A DNA stretch of 64,000 nucleotides from the NCBI RefSeq assembly GCF_902652985.1, contig NC_047017.1:37448001-37512000 (forward strand), in the 5' to 3' direction. Positions 1 through 13,800 of the stretch are shown here, in pieces. How positions within the stretch are numbered: the stretch's first letter is position 1; the number at the start of each line of letters is the position of its first letter. A program made the position numbers and the translations under genes. The stretch is from Pecten maximus (Eukaryota). The notes beneath the pieces were generated by a model. That model was not told where the DNA came from and searched no databases. It worked only from the letters and a program-made list of their open reading frames with translations.

Positions 1-276
1 GCCACAGCATCATTTGAAGAGACAGTAGTTTACCTAGATTAACCAGGACTGATGTTCAGTCTCTATAGCTTTCAAAAATTCAAAAAGCTTATTCCTTGTC
101 ATTGATGAACAGCTGCATTAATTAGCTGTTAGGTATACATACATATTGACGTCGCATGGAAAAGTTTCATTGCTGATCAAATGATAGATAAGTCAAAAAC
201 GTCAAAGGCCAAGATCACATATAAATGACATCTTCTTACTGAGATTTTAAAACATTCAATCGTTAATCTTTACTAG

Positions 277-1356
277 GATACCAACCGTGAAAAAAAGAAC
301 AATGAGGAGTTTATCATGTAATTTTTTCTCAAGTGGCTACTTCGTGGGTACTGCAGAGCTGACCAGTGACACTGGACATCTACTGTGGGTTCGTCCACGT
401 GGTGACCTTCAAGTCATCTTCAAATACGCCAACACTGGACAGGATTTCAAGTAAGATAAACAATGTAACATTTGTAGTAGAGTTACTTATTCTCCATTGT
501 TAAAAGTACACATACCCTTGAAGTTGTGTTATGAGACTCGCAATAAAACTTATTCTGACCCGTGTTAAGAAAAAAATGGGTTGCTAAAAAAAGTAATTGA
601 TAGATTCTCAAGTACATGATGTGAAATGTAGAAAGATATATATGAGACACAACGGTTCAAAATCAAAATATCTAAGATTAAAAAAAACAAACTTTTTTTA
701 ATAAAACTACTTTCAATTGTAGCCTTCAGTATACCACAACCTCAAACTTTGTCTTTTGACAATATTAAATTTGTACTGCTTCATCTAAAATTGAACTTAA
801 GTGAATCCTAAAGTCAGTAAATATCTATTACCATAGTAACAGTTTGACATACAGCATACATATATTTATATAATATACATTTGTATATGTCTTTGGCCTT
901 TGAAAAACAGGTGAAGAAAAAGCAAAGTTCATAATCATTGACATAATTTTTGGAGCCTCAGGGTATGATTTGTGATACAGTTAATTTATTCAATCAGTGG
1001 GGAGGGAGATATAAGCAGACATACCCAATATGTTGCCTTCAGTACATAAAGATATATTTATGTAGTTGCCATTTTCTCAATGTATTTTCAGGTGTTTTGT
1101 CGATCCTCAGTATACTGGTGTCAAACTTTGCCAAAGGAAGCCAGATGGAGAGCTCACAGTCATTCTTGATGGAAAAGAAAGTCCACAACATAGCAACAGT
1201 TGCTACCATGTGCAGTCTGTCACTCGGTATCCGCCCCAAAACAACTTCAAACTGGTGTCCTATCTCGGCCGGATAGAGTTGATACTCCAGGCTGTCAAAA
1301 ATGATACTTTGCCAAACCCTCAGAGATTTAAGATCAATTTTACAATGACTTTGTGA
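277..1356 (+). CDS. Last two coding exons (277-450, 1092-1356) of a gene entering from the left; unknown protein with a C-terminal Meteorin/CUB-like domain
   Basis: AG acceptor at 275-276, GTAAG donor at 451, ttttcAG acceptor at 1090-1091. Phases join into one frame: IPTVKKRT...GHLLWVRPRGDLQVIFKYANTGQDFK|CFVDPQYTGVKLCQRKPDGELTVILDG...FKINFTMTL*. The W-x-x-P-x-G-x-L-x-V and GEL-x-hh spacing recalls the Meteorin N-terminal domain (judged by eye). Confidence 0.6.
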
Positions 1357-1534
1357 TATACATGTACTCCTTCCATGCACGAAGTATAAAGTATAATGTC
1401 TAAAGAACAAGGTAACCTATAATATGTCTCGGATATTTTTATGATATACAGAGTAAAGTGTTGATAATCATTTTTTATTAAATATCATTTTCTTACCACA
1501 TTGTCTTTTGTATTCATTATTTAGGGAAAATATG

Positions 1535-1972
1535 GTTCATAGGCCTTAACAGTCACCTGAGTTTTGATATATTTTTGCAGATTTGATTCCAGTGAGAAGT
1601 TGCTTGAAAGATTTTAACATATTTGACCCCTGTGCCCTGATTGAAGGTCTAGGTCATTTTTTGAATAATTTTGATAGCCCTTCATCCCAGCATGCTACTG
1701 GCTCAATATCATGCTATATCCCTAATATTAGGTGTCTAGGCCTTGCTTAATGAGAAGCCGTCTAAAGATTTTAGCATATTTGACCCCTGTGACCTTGAAT
1801 GAAGGCCAAGGTCATTCATTTGAACAATCTAGTTAGCCCTTTTCCCCAGCATACTTTATGCCCAATATCAGATCTCTAGACCTCTTGGTTATTGAGAAGT
1901 TGAAAATGTCAATTATTTAGGAACAGACGACAATGGACAAAAGGCGTTTAGAATGGGCGAGGTGACCTAAAA
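1535..1972 (+). mobile_element. Degenerate non-autonomous Helentron (HINE-like) element
   Basis: Starts ggccttaacagtcacctgag, like the 5' end of the 29927 element. Has degenerate internal tttgacccctgtgaccttgaa repeats, a GACGAC tract and an aggtgacctaaaa end. Confidence 0.55.
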
Positions 1973-2673
1973 ATCCATAAAAATGAGCAAATAAATAAAA
2001 ACATGATTGCATAGCAATGTTTGGAATTTTATTTTCGGTAAACATTTTAAAGTCTCTTGAGTAAATAGCACTTAAAAAATAATTAAAATATATTTAAACA
2101 ATAACTATTTGGAAAACAACAATGTCCAGAAGCATAAAGTCCATAAAAAATATGGAATGGAAATAAAGGAAATATGGTAATGCAAGATATGTGGCATTTA
2201 CTACATCTACCAGATAGCTTATATTTTATAGATATATCTTTAAAAACATTTACTACATCTAGTTATATCTTCAAAAACCTGTTCCTCCCTACGATATATA
2301 AAATTGTACCTAAACCCTACAACCTACATGTACTTCATCCCTCAGCTGCCTGTCTGACCTCCTCTACACAAACTTGTCCTTTCAGTATGGTATCCCCACT
2401 TAAATGTAGTATAATAGCCTCTTGATAGTTAAAGTCTACTAGAATGCCTGCTTAAGATGAGAGGAAGAAGGGTATCCACAAACATATCAGTTTCAAGGGC
2501 CCAAAACACTTAATTCAGCGAACACAAGTTAGTTTTTAAGATACTACAATACTCATTTTAGAAGATGTAAATTACAAGGAAGTAATGGGATGCTCAGACC
2601 TAAAACCATTGAGGAGGGGAGGGGCAATTGTAATTATTCAAGTTAAATGTTGCAATCTAAAACTGACAATTTG

Positions 2674-3075
2674 AACAAGAGCCTAGAGGGCCTGTATCGC
2701 TGACCTGGTTTCATGAGATATGAAAGAAGAATGATGCTCAAGTATATTTGTCACCGGTCTTGCTACTTGTATGTCAATATATCATAAGTATTTTATATGG
2801 GTACATGTACATTGATTTTATTGTAATTCTAAAAATGTGAGGTTTTTATGACAAAAAGTGCATTAATTCATGAAATGAAATTGACTTTTGGCCCAACCCC
2901 ATAGGGATGCTACCACACAAATATGAGCAATATATATTTGCTTAGTTTCAAAGAAGTCAATTTAGCCAAATTGACCCCTTTTGGCCCTAACCTCTGCCCC
3001 AGGTGGGTCAGCCCCACCATTTGTACAATTTTTAATGCACACCCGATAAGGATGCTTTGGACCAGGTGAGCTAAT
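2674..3075 (+). mobile_element. Internally deleted HINE-like element
   Basis: aacaagagcctagagggcctgtatcgctgacctgg 5' end and ccaggtgagctaa 3' end (subterminal inverted repeat), in an A-rich site. Confidence 0.5.
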
Positions 3076-3900
3076 AATATAAATAATTCTGACCTACCAC
3101 GTAACACCTCTGGGAACTTGTCCAGGATTGATCGATGAACTAAGGGCCATGATTGCAAACAGTAAACATGGGAATATGATCTACCTCAGACAAGTTGAAA
3201 GTGGAAAAATGAAATAAAGTTTGTATCACAAACAAAATCATTACCACTAAGATCCAGTCTATTAGCTCAATAGCACTTTTGGGCATGGGGAACACTCTAG
3301 TTATTTTATATGTATGGAAAATTAAAATAGAAAATGTCAATTTTACAATTTATAACTACAGTAAGACATGGTTTGTGAGAGTAAACAGTATAATACTAGG
3401 TAAATATATGTAATACGATATAAATGAGTGATATCAAGACACTTTACAGTTTGAATCACCAGTAAAAAAAACTTAACTGCATAATAAATTAGAAATAAAC
3501 ATTTTCATAAAACAAATGTTTTCCAGTATTAAACTTTTGGATTTATAGCGGTTTTTGTTGCTCCAATATGACCTAGTTGGGGCATACTGTTTTACCCCAA
3601 TTACATCCATCATTCCATCTATCCATCCACCAAGTTTTTTATGCCATTTTTGGGGGTCAAACTAAAGTGGGTGCAGGGCATTCATGTCGTACCAACACTG
3701 TTCTAGTTTGTTATGTGCTGGGGAAGGCACCAATTTACCCAACACATACGTCTGGTGTTCTCTTTTTATACACCATTTCTATTCTATACAGATACTGTAA
3801 ATCAAATTATTTTTGCAGGTGATTAAATTTCACAATAATTAATGAGTCTTCAATTAAAATCTATGAATATTAAATCCACAGACAACCTGTATGTGGAGAT

Positions 3901-4130
3901 GGTTTAATATGGTTTATTTTGTTTAACATCCTATTAACAGCCAGGGTCATTTAAGGACGTGCCAGGTTTTGGAGGTGGAGGAAAGCCAGATTACCCAGAG
4001 AAAAAACACCGACCTATGGTCAATACCAGGCAACTGCCCCATGTAGGTTTTAAACTCGCGTTACCCAGTGGTGGAGGGCTAGTGATAACATGTTGGGGCA
4101 CTTTAACCACTCGGCCACCACAGCCCACTA
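3901..4130 (-). mobile_element. tRNA-derived SINE (same family as 32703-32923)
   Basis: Reverse complement of the 32703 SINE (tggccgagtggttaa A-box; ctggctgttaatagga.gttaaac tail). 13-bp TSD tgtatgtggagat at 3888-3900 and 4131-4143. Confidence 0.85.
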
Positions 4131-4887
4131 TGTATGTGGAGATCATTAAAGAAAGCAGCAAAAACAACTGATGCATTGTAAATGACTACTTGATACCATC
4201 TAACAGAACTTAACCTATGGGGGTAAATATATCGTCTAATCTAAATCACCATCGGGATTCCTAAAACTTAAAAGTCATTTTTCATTAGATATAAAGAATA
4301 TTCCCTAAGCTGACTTCAAATTTTGATTTAAAAAAAATTGTCTCCACCAATCACAGATGCTGGTAGCCATCTTGATTTTTTTTATCTGGAAAATATCTTG
4401 GTAACCAGATTTATCACTAATTTCTGCCAATACCTTCAATATGCTGATAGTTTTTATGTTTCATTTCTGTGAAAACATCATTGTAAAAATGGATTTCATG
4501 AAGAAGCCTTTTAGTTGAGAAACCATCCAGGTTCACTTATCTTTCAAGGATGTAATGATCATTATCATTTTCACAAGTCAAACAAAAAATGTGGTTTACG
4601 GTAACAAAGAAAACAGTTAAAACTTTATATGAAGAATTGAATTATTTGCAGATAGGTATCAAGCACACTTTCTATATGTATAATGTATTGAGCAACATAA
4701 TGCATCAGTATTATCACAAGAAATACTGTATATGGCACACAATCAACATTGGCTGTCCCTAATATACTTGTTTAATTACTGTATACAGCAACATCTTCAG
4801 GTAAAACCTATTGTGTTAGTTAATATGTAAATATTTCATTTTGAAAAAAAATAGATTTTTGAAAAGAGTAAACTGATGACCAACACT

Positions 4888-7800
4888 CTAAGACATTTTG
4901 TCAGAGAATGAGATCACTGCCCAGTTTCCGTTGATCAACCATTTTTCATCCTTAGTGTTGACGTCATCTGCCTGACCGTCCTTCAATCCCGTCACTGTGT
5001 CACTCTTGCACGTCCTTAGTGCACAAAGTGGAGCAGGATGGAAACCCCTCAAACTCACATGGAATGGGGTAGTAAATGGCCAGGCAAGATCGCCAACCAG
5101 CTTTCGGTAGTTCAAATCCCCCTTGAGAAAGATGAAATCACTTTTTGCCAGCCTTGCGTGGAGATCAGGACAACGTGATTCCATTTCATTGAATGGGAAA
5201 GACAAAGTCCAAAAGTCATCCACTGCAACTTGCCATGTTTTATCTTCTAAATATTGCTTCCATATACTGCCAAACTTAGACATGTATATACTATTTGAGG
5301 CACATAGTTGATTGATTGTCCAACTAAAATCATATGGAGTCACATCTGAAACAAACCATGGAAATGCTTTTACATGAAAACAGATCTTTGAAGCTAGGCC
5401 AAAAGAGATGAGAAATTCAGCAAAGCAGAGATCTGTCATCAATTCAAACCCTGCATTATCCAAAATGATGTCAACACAGGCAGGACGACCTTTGGTGACC
5501 TTGGTTCTTTGTAGGCATCCAAATACAGCTTCAGTATCATCTGTCAGGATGTTGGGTTCAAACTGGTGCAGCTGATCCAAAGGTGAGGAAGTTTGTGCAA
5601 CGTCTTGACCTGCAGATATAGACAAGTCACACTTGTTTCCCCACAAAGATACCTGCAAGTGGAAAAAAATAAATCCATTTTAATCAAACTGTTATTTTAA
5701 TCAGAAAAGAGTCTTTACAAAAAGTCCTAGGTTTAAATCATTTTCCTATCGTAAAGAACTGATAAAATGAAAATCTTAATTTAAGCCAACGTTTTTTTAT
5801 AACAGAATGTCGGGTCTGAGGGAGGCAAGCAGTATGGCATCCTTCAGAAATCTTCTTGGAGTTATATATGATTTTTTTCACAGAAACATTGATGACTGGA
5901 AAAGCATGCTACCTTTTATAAGGATATCAAGAACTGTGAGTCACACTCGAGAAACACTGATTTTTCATTTTGGAACTAGCTGCAATCCACAGAACATATC
6001 TGGATATATTTTTTTGTCTGCACTGTACTTACTCTGAGAAAATTTTCAAACAGATGTTTCAAATCTAGCTGCTTTCCTGATTTAAATTCTCCTACAACAT
6101 TGTGAAGGTATTCCATCAACACAAGTATAGCTTCTTGAGAATCACAAAATGATTTTTCCTTCTGATCACGGAAAACATCAAAATCTTTCAATGTTATGCT
6201 GAAAAGAAATAAAAGTGTGATTTAAATGCACATTTTAATATAGCATTATTGTTGGTAAAACAACCTGAATCTCAAGCACCAACTGCTTTAGAAAGTGAAA
6301 AAATAACAGGAGAATGTTAGTGTTTTATAATGTATACAACCAAATGAAGTTTGGTAATAATGTTTGGTACTAATATTTGATATTGTGTTTAATAATAACA
6401 ATGTAAAACAAGAATGGATTGACAGTATTAATCTAAAATAAAAACTTCACTTTCACTTTAAGATATAATCACAAAACAATCTAATTTAAAGTCATTATGA
6501 TAATGATATACAGTTTTTAATATAGTTGACCTTGAAAACAGGTCAAAATTGTTGATAGGAAGAAAGTTTTATAACATCCTATCCCAAGTATCTACTTGTC
6601 CAAGTTCCAAGCAGGTCAAGGTCATTTATATAAACAAGAGGCCAATGGGCCTGTTTTTAAACTAAGAATTCAACACACATGACCAGTATGCCCTTGAAGG
6701 TAGGTCAAGGTTATTCAATTGAACAAAATGTTCAGTCAAATCATGCCATGGTCCCAATATCATGACCCTTGGACTCTAGGTTGAGAAGAAGTTGTTTAAA
6801 GATTTTAGCCTATTTGACCCCTGTGACCTTGAAAGTAGGTCAAGGTCATTGATTTGAACAAACTTTGTAGCCCTTAATCCTAGAATGCTATTACCTGAAT
6901 ATCAGGATCTTGGCATCATGGTTAATAAGATAATGTAGTTCAAAGATTTTAACAAACTTGACTTGTGACCTTAGAAATAGGTCAAGATGATGATGCTGGA
7001 AAAAAGGTTTCATCTCAGGTGAACTTAAAACTGTAATAGCGCTCAAGCCGATGTCTCTTCTGGCTAAATATCAGGACTCATGTTTTTTTGAAACTTAAGA
7101 AGATTCTAACATATCTTAGCAATGTGGTCCAGTTCAGATTTGCACTGCTGGTCTGAATAACATTATTCAAATATCATCACTCTTGACCTTATGGATCTTC
7201 AGATAATATTGTTTGAAATGTATAGCATATCTGACCCAATTGACCTAGAAGTAGGCAAAGGTCATTTTTATGAGGAAACTTTATATCACGCCTCCCAAGG
7301 TACCAACTGACCAATACTCTGGATCTTCCAAAACTGAAAAAAGATTTTACAGATTTTTTCCAATTCTAGACCAAGTCACTGTAACCTTTGATCCTTAGTC
7401 AGAATTCAGCAGTAAATGTACACACTACTACATATATATATATATTTATCTCGGTACAACTATGACAGGGAATGTGTACTGTTGGTCTACATACAAATGT
7501 ACCCAACAATCATTGCTCTATACCTTATGGATATTGAGATAATGTTGTATAACATTTTTGACCTTTGTTACCTTGAAAGCTGGTCAAAATAATTTGATGA
7601 GGATTCTTTTTAACATTCCATCCCTCCCTGATATACCTACTGGCCAAATATCACGACCCTCTTTCAGAACTGGACACAAAGACTCTCAATTCTTTCGATG
7701 AGAACCTGACAGACTGATGGATGGGTGGATGACAGATGTAGCATCATATTCATGCCATGTGAGCTACTAACCTATTTTCAAACAGTAGTGAATGTGCATG

Positions 7801-8313
7801 ACAAAAGGAAACAATCACATGAAAATTTACCATAACTCTGCAGCCTCCTGAATCCTGCGATACATGTAGCATTCTACATATAACCATGGTGATTCAAACC
7901 AACTGGGAGGGGATCCCGTGTTGGCGATTAACTCCTTCAAGTGATCATTCCATACGCATACATCAGAGCGGCCATCTTTGATTGGAACTACAGGTTTGTC
8001 AGTTTGAACTTCATTCCGTAGCTTTGAAATACAGCCAGCAAGAGATTTGAGATCTTCGGTTCCTTCCTACATTAACAGAAAATATATTACAGGATAATGG
8101 TTAATGTTAATTATTTCCATAGGACAATAAGATGTATCAACTTGCCAGGTTTGTGTAATAAGATACACTTAAAAAAAAAGAAATGATATACATGTACCAA
8201 AATCACCTGTATAGTCACACAAAAATTTTTTTAGAATAAATTATTCCTAATAACGTATATTGTACTCGGAAAAATGGCTGAAATGGATGGAGAGGGGGGG
8301 GGGGGGTGTGTGT

Positions 8314-8344
<31 letters not shown>

Positions 8345-10663
8345 GGGGGGGGTCAAATGCTTAAATGGATACCAAAAGAAGACCATGGAAAAAAGACTGA
8401 CAATGGCCAATCTAGTTTGGTTGGAGCAAGAGTTCCAGGTAAGGTCAGGAATAATTTTGGAATTCTTATTTCTATCTTCTCCTTTTCCCACACCTGTATA
8501 GATTATTACCTTTACTTAATAAATTAGCAATGTTATTCAAGTTTCCTGCATCCAGACCAGCATTTTCTTATAATAATACATATACTTGTCATCAAGCATT
8601 TCAATCAAATATTTGTCATCAAGCATTTCAGTTTTCAATATAAATGTTGGCAAGTATAGATAATTCACCTCAGTCATTATGGTATTAATATCAAACTGAT
8701 TTTTAGTTCTCATCATATGACCTTTACTGTAGTACAGTGTCTATCCATCTGTACATCAGTCGAGCGGTGTAAATTCAATTCACTTTAACATCTTTTTCTA
8801 CATAAACAAGAGGCCTATGGCCATGATAATTGGAAAGAGTAAAGGGCATCCAAGTTTGTTCAAATAAATCACCTTGAGTCACTTTTCATGTCAAAGGGGT
8901 CAAACGTGTTGAAAAATTTAAGATTTTCTTTGAATAACCAAAACACACAAAATGATCTGAAATATACATGTAGGTAGTGTGGAAGGAAAATATGGAATCC
9001 ACATAAATGATCTACACCAATAAATTCTCACAACAAAGTCTGTCTTCAAAATGTCTAGAACAATAACCTCTTCGGAGATTTATCAAATATTTATGACTTT
9101 GTCTGTTTCTGAAGTTACTGAAAGTAACATTATAGAAAGTGTGACAGGTGAGGTTTACATGTCCATTTGGCCTCCTGATTATCATCTTTAGCATGACAAA
9201 ACTTAAAAAGTAAAATGTAACATACCTCACCATGTTCTTCTTTAATTTTCCCCTTTAACCTATAAACACTGTCTGCAATCTTGGACAAGATCACAGGTAG
9301 TCTATCTTTGATTGTAAGGTATGCGAAAGAACTGAAAATAAATGAACACAAAAATATTAATGAAAGCCTTCAAATTGTAGTTATATGAAACAAGATATCC
9401 AAGGGATCTTGCCACCCACCATTGTAGGATATTTATTTGATCCATGTCAGACCAATCCTTTCTATACTTTTCTCATCTTCTAGATCTGTTGTCATCTTAA
9501 TTGGAATCAAGAGCAGTCTCCATACTATCTTAAAATTTGAAATGCCTGTCTGTCAGTCATTTTGTTTTCCAATCAGTCTCAAAACTGAACATGAAAAATT
9601 AGGGAAGAAATTAATAAAGGGAATCTACATATAAATTTAAATTGGAGAAAAACCACACAGATACGTACATTATATATAACTGTATATGGCATTTTCCGCA
9701 ATATAGTGGTAGCAAGGATTGTTCATGGACGATCAACCACTGTATTTTAATAACCCACCATCTGATAAACTGGACATATATTTTTCATTTGTGTACCGTA
9801 AATCCTATGACTTTAATCATGAATATATACATGGGTTGTATATATCAGTTAGTACAAATGAACTAGACACATATAAGAAAGTTCTGTGACTCATGCATGG
9901 TTAGGTCCAATACACCTGTGATAGTTTTGTACCCACATTGACATGGTCTTGATTTTAGGACTATGCTATAGAAACTATATATTTTCTGTACATTTTTAGC
10001 ACAGGGGCCCTGCTTCAGACTTTTGAGTAACATATGTAATATGTTGGAGCGGCTCCTGTATAGTAAAATGGGTTCACAACCACAACGCTATAAATTAAGT
10101 ATATTCATATATATTCTGAAAACATATAAAAATTGCAGTTATTGATGTAAAAAATCATGCATTGATAACCTTGAGTTTTATAAGGTTTCAAAATGTATAT
10201 GAATACTTAATTTATTGTATTCCGGTTGTTAATTACAATGTTACTCAAAATTCCGAAACCGAACCCCTGTGATATTTAGGTCGTAATCCAGTAGTCAATC
10301 GTGGGTTCTGATGTACTAAAAGTGCATTAGTAGCTGAACATTCATTTCGTCGATTACGAACTCATGTAATATGATTTACCAATTGTAGGCTTATTAAACA
10401 TATTCTTGAAACCGAGCCCCTGTGGTACTGCTCGTACTGCAGAAGGCTACCTATAAGCATACGTCATCGCCATGATGATCGAGGTGAGATCCGGCTTGAT
10501 GACACGCATTTTTTTAAAAGTCTTCTCAAATCGAGACATATTTAACAAATAAAAAGAAACGTCTAAAACACATCAATTTGAATTAAATAAGCTGAAATGG
10601 TGACATATAAACACACTTTTTATCCTTCGCTGAAAGGGGAGGCGCCTCCGCTGTTCCGCTCAT
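4888..10663 (-). CDS. ARMT1: Damage-control phosphatase ARMT1 (DUF89), 5 exons: 10617-10663, 9226-9331, 7831-8066, 6033-6198, 4888-5652; 439 aa
   Basis: All introns are GT-AG with matching phases. Motifs SFAYLTIKDRLP, KLRNEVQTDKP, ECYMYRRI, SLWGNKCDLS, ILDNAGFELMTD, FHVKAFPWFVSDVT, KGDLNYRKLVGD and LRTCKSD match ARMT1. Confidence 0.95.
6510..7770 (+). mobile_element. Degenerate/nested HINE-like satellite-carrying elements in ARMT1 intron 3
   Basis: Repeated tgaccttgaaagtaggtcaaggtcat motifs, an aacaagaggccaatgggcc start at ~6633, a GATG/GACA microsatellite and a gtgagctactaa end. Confidence 0.45.
8292..8352 (+). repeat. Compound poly-G/(GT)n microsatellite in ARMT1 intron 2
   Basis: G-run, (TG)n, G-run seen directly. 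Confidence 0.9.
9389..9600 (+). mobile_element. 5' fragment of the HINE family found intact at 21221
   Basis: aacaagatatccaagggatcttgccacccaccattg resembles 21221-21258; followed by a degenerate copy of the 155-bp core. Confidence 0.5.
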
Positions 10664-10852
10664 TACTTCGACTAGCCCAGTTTGGGAGTTAACCTGTTCG
10701 GCAATTCGACGTATCTCTGACGCTTTTAAATTCTCTACTGTAATCCTTGTAAAACAAACATTCGGTACGCTATGATCAAACACGCCGGCTACTTCCTGTC
10801 TTACGATGTAAACAAACCAGCGTTGACTGTTGTGTATAGTTAATGTCCAAAA
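10664..10852. promoter_or_regulatory. Bidirectional promoter shared by ARMT1 and NAA80
   Basis: Start codons point apart with only 189 bp between them. Locally CpG-rich, with an ETS-like acttcctg at 10791-10798. Confidence 0.7.
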
Positions 10853-13800
10853 ATGGAATTGACGACAAGGGTATTGCATGACTATCCACAATATATGGAA
10901 GAATGTGCAGATATTCTAAATGAAGAATGGCCAAGAAGTAAAGCGGCGAGGTGATGTATTTAACGAGGCATAAGCACACACTATGACACAGCATTAAAGT
11001 TCACACTTGACACAGGCTCCTGATACATGTACCCAATTATTACTGTTATACCGGAAGGAAAAAAACATTGGACGCAAAAAATTAAAATGCTTTCACCTAC
11101 AACAGCTAGTTTGGAGCTAGTTACCCAAGTAATAAACGACACAGAAATACCTATATGCCTACAATATAAAGTCTTTCTGGCTTGATTCCAAGTCAGTGGC
11201 ATAATATTCATACTGTGACAAACGTTGTTGTCAACATATTTGTAACCCTGGTAAAATACTAGCTGCAATATAACGCTCGGCTAGGGAGATCTTCTCTTTA
11301 GCTTGATCGGTTTAGCATAAGACTAGTAAGCCAGAGGTCCCAGGTTCGATCCCTAGCGGAGGCAGTGATTTAAATTAAAATAATCCTGTGCTCTGTTACA
11401 TTGGAGCCCATGTAGGGACCCGGGAATGATACTCATCGCTGCTTGCGAAAGCATCGCTGTTACCCCTGGAAACTTGAGGACGAGTTCTTTCCTGGAGGGG
11501 GAGTATGTAACCCTGGTAAAATACTAGCCGCAATATAACGCTCGGCTAGAGAGATCTTCTCTTTAGCTCGATCGGTTGAGCGTAAGACTAGTAAGCTAGA
11601 GGTCCTGGGTTCAATCTCTAGCGGAGGCAGTGATTTAAATTTAAATAATCTTGTGCTCTGTTACATATTAAATTGGACTCAGCCAGTGGCCACGTTTCAC
11701 GGGACGAATAGTTATATATCGAAATAACGAATCAAAGGCCTGTGTGTTACTTAAAATAATGTGTATTCAGTAAAACATGTATGAGTACAATGTCATAAGC
11801 ATGGGCGCAATAGGATATGGACAGGCTCAGTCTGCCTGAATAAAGGCAGATGATTTACAAAGAAAACTCTGTGACGACTTGACTTCACACTATTACGCAC
11901 GTTACGACTTGACTTCACACTGTTACGTTAAAGAACACAAGACATCTCGACTATATAGATTGACATCTCTCTCTCGTGACCAGACATTCCGACCCACACA
12001 CACGCTAACAATAAACAGGTACCCGAGCCGGTTATCCAGGTGTGACGGCTAAATATAGAACGCCTCACCTAGAGAGCGGCATGCGCACATGTAAACGACA
12101 ATAAATAAAGGCACTCGTTCACTCACATAAACACACGTATCTATACAGACATACACAGTCTAATAATTACATGTCATACATAATTAAAAGCTAACTACGT
12201 GACACTACATATAATATTTGAGAAGGAAATTACAAAAAATGTATTTTTAATGTGGTTTGAGTTTCCTATGACTTGCTTATTTCTGAAAGCGTAAAGCCAT
12301 TGGTTCAATAGACGAATGGCAGTCAGCGGTTTGATATGTAATTAAAAGGAAGTGATATGTATGACAAATGTGAATCATTGGCTGTGAACAATGGACGGAC
12401 AATTTCTGATAAATGGTCCTTGATAGCTGTGATAACATAACTGTGGACAACCAACAAACAAATCATGATGCATAGCTTTTGTCCAGAACTAATTTATATG
12501 TATATTATCATAGCTAATATTAATCACGTGTGACTGTGTCACATCACATAATTGCCTCCGCTTATGTATTAAATTTTCCAGGCTGAGCTATTAGATAATA
12601 TGCAGTAGTGTTAACAATTTTTTACATAAATATGACCTTGGCCTACATTTAAGACTTGACATATTGTATTTGGCCATGGGCAGGTACCTGGTAGAGAATT
12701 CTAGAAAGTTTCTCAAATGACTTACCTTGAACTAATTGTACCGGTACCTTCATTTGGTCTAGAGCAATGATACTTTTGAATGTTATGTTATAATGTAGAT
12801 TAGCAGTATGAATATTTTTCTTTCACAACAGTGAGATAAAGGATCAACTGAGTGCTAGCAAAGATTAATATTGGTGAAAATCAACTTCTTAAATCAGTTC
12901 ATGAATATCCTTAGGCATACAATATTCACCTTATAAGTGCACTATGTGTGTACGGAAACAAATTTCCTTTCAAAATGTGAGTGGAAAAAAGTAACTTTTG
13001 TTTTTGCTTTTTTTCATTTACATATCTTTATGTTGAAAAAGAAATCTACAATCTCTGGTTAAAGATTAGTGAAGTATGAAACTTTTTATATGTTTCAATT
13101 TGATCCACACCCGTCCTCTTTTCTTGAAAAAAAAGGGCCTATTTACAGTTACAGATGCACTTATTAAGTCAAATATGGTACATATACTTGGTCAATTGGT
13201 ACTTCAGCTGCTGTGTTATGACATTTCCATAAATAATTGATATGGATAGTCTTTAATCCCTCGAAGCTCATACAATTATATGTTAAAAAATCGATAAAGC
13301 ATTACCTAAATAGTCTCAAAGTCTACTCAGTTGTCATCACCCCAAACTGTTTATGTTCAATTCAGGCTGCACAGTCTACAAAAGTCAAATGAGAAGTTCC
13401 CAGTTTGTCTAGTACTTGTCAACAAAGAGAAAGGAGAAGAACTATTGTTGGGTCACAGCAAACTGTCCATCGTGTATGGAAAGGAGAGCTGTTGTCTTAT
13501 AGAATCAGGTAAGAATATACATATACATGTTTGTGTATATGTCATTGCTGAATGGTACATTATAAAAAATCCTACATTTGTGCACAAAATACTACAATTG
13601 ACAAATTAACACAAAAAAACATATTTTCTGTTGCTTGATTTAAATTTATGAAAAATAAAGACCAGAAGTTTACTAACTGATAATATTTGTGTACACATAT
13701 GAAACTAGAAAATCTTTTCCCTTTAAATGACAGTTTGTGTGAGGAAGAAACTAAGAGGGAAAGGATATGGGAGAGTTATCATGCAAGAGTCAGAAAAATA

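Noticed and set aside
950-1410. Alternative overlapping ORFs 950-1276 (+) and 1039-1410 (-)
   Set aside because: Splice phase supports the 1066-1356 frame; the others are shadow ORFs.
11291-11629. Two tRNA-Thr(AGT) genes
   Set aside because: Acceptor and anticodon stems pair poorly and both lie inside TRIM LTRs; they are TE-borne tRNA-derived promoters.
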